A DNA stretch of 18,918 nucleotides from Vulcanimicrobiota bacterium. GTDB taxonomy: Bacteria; Vulcanimicrobiota; Vulcanimicrobiia; Vulcanimicrobiales; Vulcanimicrobiaceae. Shown piece by piece: positions 1-7,091 of the stretch. Both the position numbers and the translations under genes were made by a program. Below the pieces are notes generated by a model. The model was not told the origin of the DNA. It searched no databases and was given only the letters and a program-made list of their open reading frames with translations. The stretch covers positions 1 through 18,918 of the forward strand of contig PKZK01000036.1 of the NCBI GenBank assembly GCA_003133025.1, in the 5' to 3' direction. Positions within the stretch are counted from its first letter, which is position 1, and each line of letters starts with the position of its first letter.

Positions 1-1008
1 GGTCCATATGCGGAGGGCGCCGTCGTCTCGCTGGCTTTCATCGACCCGCATGTCGGCCGGCTCGTCGCGCACCAACCCGCAGCCGCGCGCGAGGTTGCCG
101 CGGCCGGCCCGATCGTGCCCGATACGATCTCCGTGCAGTTGTTGAGCGCGGCGCCGCCCTACGAGTGCGGCGAGACGATCGCGCTCTCGTTCGTCGATCC
201 GGCAATTGCACGTATCCACCGCTGGTCGACGGGCGCGGTACGATCGTACGTTCCTGCTCCCGAAGGCGAAGAAATCGCTGCGCGCGAGAGCGTCGCGGTC
301 ATTCGCGACGACGCTCCCGTCCAGACTTCGCACGTTGCTGCCGCCGGCTTGCGCTTGGAATGGAGTGTGGCCCGCGTTGGCCGGCTCCTAGCGCTCAGCG
401 AGAAGTTGCTGTCCATCGACCGCCTGGGCTGGTACAGGCACACGCTTGCGATGCGTCTGCTCCTGCCGGACGAGGTCGTCCTTGCCGACGACAACGCACG
501 AGATGCCGCGGGTCGCCAACTCCGTGCTTTGAAGATCGCCGCTACCGAAGCCCTAGGTACGCCCCTGCTCGCCGCGTTGATGCCGAGTTTCACGCTCGAC
601 GAAGAGTGGTTGCGCTCGATCGAAACGCCCGCTCTCGCGCGCGCAGCGGCCACCCTCCGCGAAACGCTTCGGGAGCACGCGGGCGACGGCGATGCTGATG
701 TCCCGAGCGCCCCGAGCGAACGTCTCAGTACCGGCACCTTGCGCAGAGCGGACGTGGAACGAGCCGAACGGGGCGGCCTCGACGCTTTCCTCGCGGCCCT
801 CATTCCGTGTGAAGGCGCGACGCCGGAGATTGCGGGTACGCTGAGCGACTATAAGGCCGCGCTCGTCGAGTTGTTCGGTCAGACGGCGCAGGCCTCGGCG
901 ACCGTGCGCATCACCCGCTTAGCGACGCCGAATCCGGTCCTCGACGAGCGGTTGAGCGCAGTCGCGCGAGAGATCGATCGAGCCTTCGGCCGGCTTGCGG
1001 TCGCGTGA
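1..1008 (+). CDS. Hypothetical protein, 5' end outside the window; contains an internal repeated motif and a predicted helical C-terminal region
   Basis: Frame +1 is open from base 1 (GPYAEGAVVSLAFIDPHVGRL...) straight into the 115..1008 ORF, so GTG115 is probably not the true start. Stop TGA at 1006-1008. No family recognised. Confidence 0.7.
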   Translation, partial: GPYAEGAVVSLAFIDPHVGRLVAHQPAAAREVAAAGPIVPDTISVQLLSAAPPYECGETIALSFVDPAIARIHRWSTGAVRSYVPAPEGEEIAARESVAVIRDDAPVQTSHVAAAGLRLEWSVARVGRLLALSEKLLSIDRLGWYRHTLAMRLLLPDEVVLADDNARDAAGRQLRALKIAATEALGTPLLAALMPSFTLDEEWLRSIETPALARAAATLRETLREHAGDGDADVPSAPSERLSTGTLRRADVERAERGGLDAFLAALIPCEGATPEIAGTLSDYKAALVELFGQTAQASATVRITRLATPNPVLDERLSAVAREIDRAFGRLAVA

Positions 1009-1015
1009 ACGGGCG

Positions 1016-1669
1016 TTGCTGCAGCCGGTCCCTATCGCGCTCACGACGCTTGCCACCCTCGCGCTTTTCGCCGGAGCGGCCTTACCCCTCAGTAGCGCTC
1101 CAAACGCTCTCCGCGCGCGAAGCATCCTGCGCAGATGCGGGGCAATTATGAGCGAACTCAACGATCGCATCGTCCCGGTCACGCGCAAACGGCTGCGGGC
1201 TCGCCCAAGCGTGCCGACGTGGACCGAGATGCTCGCCAACTCGATCGACTCGGCTTCGCTCGAAGAACGCGCCGCAGCCGTACGTGCTTTGATTGCAGCG
1301 GGGCCACGTCCGGAAGACGGCGCACTCTTGGCACGCATAGCCCGCGAAGAGGAGGGCGACTTACGCCTCCTGGCCTTTCGCAGCCTGATCGCTCAACGCT
1401 ATCCCGAGGGCCGCGACATCTTCAGCGAAGCCGTGCGCTCCGGCAGCGATGCGGAGCGTTCCCTCGCCATCGACGGACTTGCCCGCTTGGGTGCGTTCGA
1501 GGCTCTAGCCGAAGCGTTCTCCGACCGGGTGGAACCTCTGGCGGCGAAGGCCGCCCTGCTCTACTCCGCCGCACACGACCGTCGCACGTTGCTCGAGGCG
1601 CTCGACGAACGCGTCGAACCAACGCGGCGCGACGCGATTCTGAAACTCCTCGTCGGCGTGCTCGAGTGA
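1016..1669 (+). CDS. HEAT-repeat-like protein with N-terminal hydrophobic anchor
   Basis: Hydrophobic segment PIALTTLATLALFAGAALPL followed by HEAT/PBS-like units (ERAAAVRALIAAG, LRLLAFRSLIAQ, ERSLAIDGLARLG). Start uncertain: TTG995, TTG1016 or ATG1148. Its stop overlaps the next gene's GTG (GTGA 1666-1669). Confidence 0.65.
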   Translation: MLQPVPIALTTLATLALFAGAALPLSSAPNALRARSILRRCGAIMSELNDRIVPVTRKRLRARPSVPTWTEMLANSIDSASLEERAAAVRALIAAGPRPEDGALLARIAREEEGDLRLLAFRSLIAQRYPEGRDIFSEAVRSGSDAERSLAIDGLARLGAFEALAEAFSDRVEPLAAKAALLYSAAHDRRTLLEALDERVEPTRRDAILKLLVGVLE

Positions 1670-2742
1670 CGAAGGCGCACGACGATAGCGTTCCGGAGTC
1701 GTTGGCGAACCTGATCGAGCGCGCCCGGAGCGCCCAAGCCACCGACGTCCACGTGGATGCGGCGCAAGGCGTCGCCTTTCGCGTCGCATCGTGTATCCGG
1801 CGCATCTCACGCGCCGCTCCCGCACATGAGGACATCCAGCGCTTCGTGGAGGTCGCGCTCGAACGGTTGCCGCGGGCACGCCTGGACAAACTCGGCATCG
1901 CCGACACCCTCTACGCCGACGACCGGGTCGGCGCGTTGCGCGTGCACGTTTCACGAGGTCTGCGAGGCTATCGGCTGGCCATACGACTCCTCGCACGGGC
2001 GGTTCCCGATTTGAGTACCCTGCGCTTGCCGGCGATCGTGGCCAGCTTCGGGGAGTACCGGTACGGCTTGATCTTGCTGTGCGGACCCAGCGGCTCCGGC
2101 AAGACGACCACCGCAGCGTCGCTGTTGCAACGCGCGAACGAGTCCAGCGCGCGCCACGTCGTTACCTTCGAGGCGCCGATCGAGCACGTCCTCACCTGGG
2201 GTACCTCGGTCGTCACGCAGTATGAAGTCGGGCGCGACGTAGCGACGTACGCGCACGGAATTCGAGGCGCGCTGCGCGCCGATCCGGATATCATCTTCAT
2301 CGGCGAACTCAGCGACGACGATGCCGCCGCCGCGTGCCTCCAAGCTGCCGAAAGCGGCCACCTCGTCCTCGGGGCACTCGACGCCCCGCCGGACGTGCCG
2401 CTGGCGTTGAATCGCTTCATCGGGCTGTTCCCCGTCGACGAACAGCAACGTGCGCGCAACCGGTTGTCGGACAATCTTCGCGCCGTCTTGGCACTCCGCT
2501 TGGTGCCGGCCAGCGACGGTTCGGGCTTGCGTGCCGCCGCCGAAATTCTCCTCAGTAACGATGCCGTACGCCGCATGGTGCGTGACGGTGCGCTGCACAC
2601 GCTCCGTTCCGTTCTTGCCGCTAATAAAAAGGCCGGAATGCAGACGCTCGAAATGAGCCTCGGCGACCTCGTCTCGGCGGGCGACGTCGACCTCGAGATC
2701 GCGCGTTCCATCGCGCTCTATCCCGAAGAGATACGTCCCTGA
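1666..2742 (+). CDS. PilT/PilU-family type IV pilus ATPase homologue, divergent (~358 aa)
   Basis: ATDVHV N-domain motif, Walker A GPSGSGKTT, TFEAPIE, ALRADPDIIFIGE Walker B, AAESGHLV, AVRRMVRD (AIRNLIRE equivalent) and GMQT. GTG1666 overlaps the upstream stop. The extension to 1135 in the ORF track is shadow of the HEAT gene. Confidence 0.9.
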   Translation: MTKAHDDSVPESLANLIERARSAQATDVHVDAAQGVAFRVASCIRRISRAAPAHEDIQRFVEVALERLPRARLDKLGIADTLYADDRVGALRVHVSRGLRGYRLAIRLLARAVPDLSTLRLPAIVASFGEYRYGLILLCGPSGSGKTTTAASLLQRANESSARHVVTFEAPIEHVLTWGTSVVTQYEVGRDVATYAHGIRGALRADPDIIFIGELSDDDAAAACLQAAESGHLVLGALDAPPDVPLALNRFIGLFPVDEQQRARNRLSDNLRAVLALRLVPASDGSGLRAAAEILLSNDAVRRMVRDGALHTLRSVLAANKKAGMQTLEMSLGDLVSAGDVDLEIARSIALYPEEIRP

Positions 2743-3770
2743 GGGGTACGAGCCGGCGACGCGAGGCGACGGCATTCCAACGCCGGCTGCTCGAACTCGA
2801 TCGCGAGCGTCTTGCGGCCTGGAGTTCCGTCGCCACGCTTTCCGGCTTGCACGAAGCGTTCGCCGCAATCTCGACCGCGCGCGATCCCGAGGCGATCGTC
2901 GCGCGCACGCTGACCGCCGCCATCGAGGTTCTCGGCTTCGAGCGGGCGGCGTATTTCACGCACGCCGCGAGCGACGACGCAGGCGCCGCAGGCTTGGTCC
3001 TGTTGGCGTACGTCGACGCCTTGGACGCGCCGCCGCCGACGCTCGACTGTTCGGCCCAACTCTGCACGAACGTCGAGCCGCTCAGCGGCGAGGAAGGCGA
3101 GCTTTCCGCGCCGCTCGTCGACGTGCGCAGACGCTACGTGCTCGCGCCGGTGATCTGCGCGAAGGGACGCCTGGGGATGCTGTATCTCGACGGTCCGCGG
3201 GCGGCCGCCCACCGCGACTCGACCCTGCGTCTCATCGAGGCCTTGTGCGCTATTTCCGCAGCGGCGCTCCAAAACGGACTCGCGTTACAACGCACGCGCT
3301 CGCTCGCGTCCAGAGATCCGTTGACGGGCTTGCTCAATCGGCGTGCCTTTCGCGAACGCTTCGAGAGAGAACTCGCGGCGGCGCAACGGGCGGGGCGTTG
3401 TTGCGCCTGCGTGATGCTCGATCTCGACGATCTCAAACGCATCAACGACTCCGGCGGGCACGCGGTGGGTGACGTCGTGCTCAAGCACCTCGCAACCACG
3501 CTCGCGGCGGCGGCGCGCCCGAGCGACATCGTCGCCCGCTTTGGCGGCGACGAGTTCGCGCTAGCCTTCATCGACGTCGAAGTCGCGCCGGCCCGGGCGC
3601 TCGTCCGTCGCCTCTCCGGATCGCTTGCAGCGGCCGGACTCCGTTGCTCCCTGGGAGCCGCGCTTTCGAGCCCGAGCAGCCTCGACGTGGATGCGCTGCT
3701 GCGAGAAGCCGATCGCGCCCTTTACGCCGTAAAAGCCGCCGGCAAGAACGGCTACGCCTTTGCCGATTGA
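2739..3770 (+). CDS. GAF-GGDEF diguanylate cyclase
   Basis: DPLTGLLNRR, DLDDLKRINDSGGHAVGD, RPSD I-site five residues before GGDEF, EADRALYAVK, and an N-terminal GAF-like region (LGFERAAYF...APVICAKGRLGMLYLD). First canonical start is TTG2847; CTG2739 is proposed (see findings). Confidence 0.9.
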   Translation: MRGTSRRREATAFQRRLLELDRERLAAWSSVATLSGLHEAFAAISTARDPEAIVARTLTAAIEVLGFERAAYFTHAASDDAGAAGLVLLAYVDALDAPPPTLDCSAQLCTNVEPLSGEEGELSAPLVDVRRRYVLAPVICAKGRLGMLYLDGPRAAAHRDSTLRLIEALCAISAAALQNGLALQRTRSLASRDPLTGLLNRRAFRERFERELAAAQRAGRCCACVMLDLDDLKRINDSGGHAVGDVVLKHLATTLAAAARPSDIVARFGGDEFALAFIDVEVAPARALVRRLSGSLAAAGLRCSLGAALSSPSSLDVDALLREADRALYAVKAAGKNGYAFAD

Positions 3771-3795
3771 AAGCACCCGCTAAAGAAATTCGTAC

Positions 3796-3818
3796 AGGCC
3801 GGGGCGTCGACCCGGCCT
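3796..3818. other. Perfect 8-bp inverted repeat / hairpin
   Basis: AGGCCGGG (3796-3803), 7-nt loop, CCCGGCCT (3811-3818), between the GGDEF and CDGSH genes. No U-tract follows. Confidence 0.5.
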
Positions 3819-3831
3819 AATGCCACGCAAC

Positions 3832-4053
3832 ATGTCAGACGTTACGATCAGCATTCGTCCCGGCGGCCCGTACTTGGTGCGTGGTCCCATCCAACTGCTC
3901 GATGCCGAGGGCAACGAGATCCCCGACGCGAGCGGCAAACAGAACATCGCGCTCTGCCGTTGCGGCGCGTCGACCAATAAGCCGTTCTGCGACGGCACGC
4001 ATTCGGCCATCGGCTTCCAAGCCGCCGAACGCGCGGTCGAAGAACAGGGCTAA
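3832..4053 (+). CDS. CDGSH iron-sulfur domain protein
   Basis: GPYLVRG and ALCRCGASTNKPFCDGTH match the CDGSH signature C-x-C-x2-S-x3-P-x-C-D-G-(S/T)-H. Start ATG3832, alternative ATG3820. Confidence 0.92.
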   Translation: MSDVTISIRPGGPYLVRGPIQLLDAEGNEIPDASGKQNIALCRCGASTNKPFCDGTHSAIGFQAAERAVEEQG

Positions 4054-5366
4054 TCCACCCACGGCGCGGGCGCAGGCAGCACCACGCCGCTCGCCTCGCC
4101 CAAGCCGATCGGCACGGCGCCGTCGCGCTCGCAGCGGCCGCGCAGGGTCACGAGGTCGCCGTCCTCGAGAAAGCCGCGCAGGCTGCCGTCGGCGAGTTCG
4201 AGCTTCTGCGTACCCCGCTGCGTGAGTTCGAGCAAACTGCCGTAGCTGCCGGGTTCGCTGCCCGAGATCGTGCCCGAGCCGTTGACGTCGCCGGCTTGCA
4301 CGCGCGAACCGTTGCTGCTCAGGTGCGCGAGCTGTTGCGCCATGGTCCAGTACATCGTGCGAAAATTGGTCTCGGCCACCACCGTCGGCGCGACACCCTC
4401 GCGCTGCATCACCTCCGAGGCCAGACCCACCTCGAGCGCGATGTCGAAGTGGTGATTGCCGCGCGGCGCGAGATAATCGAGCGGCGCGGGCTCTTGCACC
4501 GGCCCCGTCGAGCGAAACGGTTCGAGCGCTTCGAGCGGCGTGATCCAGGCCGCGAGCGACGTGCCGAACGATTTGCCCAAAAACGGCCCGAGTGGCTGGT
4601 ACTCCCACGACTGGATGTCGCGCGCGCTCCAATCGTTCATCAGCGCCACGCCGAAGATGTAGTCTTCCGCCTGCCACACCGGAAACGGCGTGCCCAACGG
4701 CGGCCCGTCGCCGGTGATAAAGGCCAACTCCAACTCGATATCCAGCAGACGGCATGGCCCGAACGAGGGCGCCGGCGCGTCGGGCGATTTGCGTTGGCCG
4801 TTGGGGCGCACGATCGGCGTGCCCGACACCACCACGCCGCTCGAGCGGCCGTGATAGCCGATCGGGATCCAGCGATAGTTCGGCAGTAGCGGATCGTCGG
4901 GCCGGAAAAATCGGCCCACGTTGAGCGCGTGGTTCAACGAAGAATAGAAGTCGACGTAATCGCGCACCTCGATCGGCAGCGTCATGCGCACGTCGGATCG
5001 TGCGACCAGCGCCCGCTGGGCGATGCCCTCGTCGCGCAGGCTCAGATCGCCCAGGCTGAGCAATCGTGAGAGCACCCCGCGCACGGCGCGCCACGTCGTC
5101 TTCGGCCGCTGCAGCAGCGCGTTGAGCGTAGGCTGCGCGAACACCCACGCGGCCTCGGGCAGCGCTTCGTCGAGCAGACCCGCGTGCGCGACCGCATGCA
5201 GGTCGAGCACCTTGTCGCCGATGGCCACGCCCAAGCGCGGCGTCGCTTCGCCGGCGCGCACGAAGGCGCCGTAGGGCAAATGCTGGATCGGAAAATCGCT
5301 GCCCGCGGCGCTGGGCACCCACGACTGCAAGCCCGGATCGGTCGTCGGGTCGAACGCGTCGCTCAC
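4050..5366 (-). CDS. fahA: Fumarylacetoacetase
   Basis: SDFPIQHLPYG, DFYSSLNHA, PIGYHGRSS, LDIELE, NDWSARDIQSWEYQPLGPFLGKSF, GSGTISG, FLEDGD motifs; 438 aa; clustered with hmgA and hppD. Confidence 0.96.
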   Translation of the reverse strand: MSDAFDPTTDPGLQSWVPSAAGSDFPIQHLPYGAFVRAGEATPRLGVAIGDKVLDLHAVAHAGLLDEALPEAAWVFAQPTLNALLQRPKTTWRAVRGVLSRLLSLGDLSLRDEGIAQRALVARSDVRMTLPIEVRDYVDFYSSLNHALNVGRFFRPDDPLLPNYRWIPIGYHGRSSGVVVSGTPIVRPNGQRKSPDAPAPSFGPCRLLDIELELAFITGDGPPLGTPFPVWQAEDYIFGVALMNDWSARDIQSWEYQPLGPFLGKSFGTSLAAWITPLEALEPFRSTGPVQEPAPLDYLAPRGNHHFDIALEVGLASEVMQREGVAPTVVAETNFRTMYWTMAQQLAHLSSNGSRVQAGDVNGSGTISGSEPGSYGSLLELTQRGTQKLELADGSLRGFLEDGDLVTLRGRCERDGAVPIGLGEASGVVLPAPAPWVD

Positions 5367-6307
5367 TGCGGCGCCGTGACCAAGATGCCGAGCGCCGTCA
5401 GATCCTCCACCGGCTCGTCGAAACTACAACTGCCGTAGGAGCGGAACGCGCGTATGCGCGCCGCGCCGATGTCGCCCGCGTGCGCGCTCACGCCGCACCA
5501 CGAGAACCGCTCGCTATCGAGCTTGAAGTGCGTCGGATCTTCGTCGGCGAGCAGCGTTTCGAGCGCACGCCGGTCCAACTCGTGAGCGCGCATCAGCACG
5601 GCCGCGCCGGCCACGTTGAGAAAGCCATGCTGCACGTAGCCCGCCTCCGCGTTGAAATGCCGAAACGGATGGTGCAAACCGGCCGTCGCCTTGAAGGGCA
5701 CGCCCAACCCGTGCGCGAGCGCCACGAAGTGGGCAAGGTTCGAGGGAGAAGGCACCGCGTCGGCGTTCGGGCCGCCGCAGCGCACTTTGGCGCACGCGTC
5801 GCGATCGCTCGCTTCGCGATAGCGGCTCAGTTCGAGCAACCACGATTCGAGCGCGATCGGGTCGGCCACGTCGAGTTCCACGTACAACTCCGGCTCGCCG
5901 GGCAAATCGGCGGCTTCGTAGGCCTCCGCGAGCGCGGCAATCGGCGCGCGTGCTTCGATCGTTTCCACGTCGATGCGGCTCGCATGCGCGCGCACGAGCT
6001 CGGCCACCGCCGGCAGGTCGCGCGCCGCGTCGCTGCCGAGCACGACGCTGAGCGGCAACGGTCCCGGCGCATCGTCGCGCTCCAGCGCCGCGATCAGTTC
6101 GTCGAGGCGCGCCGCTTGCACCACGAAGCGGCCGAGCATCCAAAAATGCGTGCCGCTCTCCGCGCGCTCGTGCGCGGCCAACGCGTCGTCGAGGCCCAGG
6201 CTCGCCGGCGGAAAGAGCGGCGCGTGGTCGATCAGTTCGCCCAAGAACGCGCGCGTCGCGGCACCCTCGGCGTGGGGCTGCGCGCCCCGGGCTCGTCTCC
6301 TGCTCAC
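5363..6307 (-). CDS. Conserved-looking uncharacterised enzyme-like protein coupled to fahA
   Basis: 314 aa with motif blocks LIDHAPLFPP, KVRCGG, PFKATAGLHHP, HGFLN, SYGSCSFDEP. TGA overlaps the fahA GTG (GTGA 5363-5366). Confidence 0.85.
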   Translation of the reverse strand: MSRRRARGAQPHAEGAATRAFLGELIDHAPLFPPASLGLDDALAAHERAESGTHFWMLGRFVVQAARLDELIAALERDDAPGPLPLSVVLGSDAARDLPAVAELVRAHASRIDVETIEARAPIAALAEAYEAADLPGEPELYVELDVADPIALESWLLELSRYREASDRDACAKVRCGGPNADAVPSPSNLAHFVALAHGLGVPFKATAGLHHPFRHFNAEAGYVQHGFLNVAGAAVLMRAHELDRRALETLLADEDPTHFKLDSERFSWCGVSAHAGDIGAARIRAFRSYGSCSFDEPVEDLTALGILVTAPQ

Positions 6308-6403
6308 CCCGCTACTCTGCCGGGGGGCGAGACGGGTTTCCTACGGACGCGGCGCCCCCGGAGACGGAGGTAGGCCAGGCGCGCGGGGCGCACTTGAAAG
6401 GCC

Positions 6404-7072
6404 ATCCCACAAGAACGCACGCCCCCGACGCCCGAGCTTTACGTCTCGCTGGATATCGAAGCCGATGGCCCCTGCCCCGGCATCTTTTCCATGCTCAGTT
6501 TCGGCATGGCCGCCTTCACCCTCGAGAAGGAACTGGTCGGCACGTTCAGCCGCAACCTCGAGACGCTGCCCGAGGCGCGCACCGACGCGCGCACGATGCA
6601 ATGGTGGGCGCTGCCCGAGAACGCGACGGCCTACGAGAAGTCGCGCGTCGACCAAATTCCGCCGCAGCAGGCGATGCGCGAGTGCAAGGCGTGGCTCGAG
6701 AGCATGCGCCGCTTCGGGCGTCCGGTGATTTGCGGCGCGCCCAGCGGCTTCGACTTCACCTTCATCTACTATTACTTCCAGCGCGAATTGGGCGAGAGCC
6801 CGGTCGGCTTCGCCAGCCTCGACCTGCGCAGCTACGCCGCCGCGGTGCTCAAGAAGCAGTACCGTCACGTGGGCAAGCGGCAGTATCCGTCGGATTGGAT
6901 CGACGAAGGCCTGCCGCACACGCACGTGGCCCTCGACGATGCGATCGAACAGGGCTCGATCCTGATCAACATGATCCGCGCCAACCTCGACATGCCGCAC
7001 ATCTTCGAACTCATCGACCTGCGCGAGGGCGCGCCGGAAGGCTCGGCCGCCCTGAGCCGGAGCGTCTCTTAA
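6404..7072 (+). CDS. DEDDh 3'-5' exonuclease/exoribonuclease-like protein
   Basis: ExoI YVSLDIEADGPCPG (DIE at 6452-6460) lies in frame upstream of ATG6491; ExoII GFDFTF; ExoIII HTHVALDDA. Start unresolved because of an in-frame TGA at 6395-6397; ATC6404 used here. Confidence 0.8.
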   Translation: MPQERTPPTPELYVSLDIEADGPCPGIFSMLSFGMAAFTLEKELVGTFSRNLETLPEARTDARTMQWWALPENATAYEKSRVDQIPPQQAMRECKAWLESMRRFGRPVICGAPSGFDFTFIYYYFQRELGESPVGFASLDLRSYAAAVLKKQYRHVGKRQYPSDWIDEGLPHTHVALDDAIEQGSILINMIRANLDMPHIFELIDLREGAPEGSAALSRSVS

Positions 7073-7091
7073 GAGCGGGGAAAGAAAAGCA

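Noticed and set aside
1005..1018. GTGA overlap at the end of ORF1 suggesting a frameshifted start for the HEAT gene
   Set aside because: One extra G would give MNGALLQ..., but an in-frame TTG at 1016 explains the gene without a frameshift.
1135..1665. Apparent 177-aa N-terminal extension on the PilT ORF
   Set aside because: Arg/Ser-rich alternative-frame translation overlapping the HEAT gene; PilT similarity begins just after GTG1666, which overlaps the HEAT stop.
3832..4053. CDGSH protein as an iron-supply partner of the Fe-dependent HppD and HmgA
   Set aside because: It is convergent with fahA rather than co-transcribed; adjacency is the only evidence.
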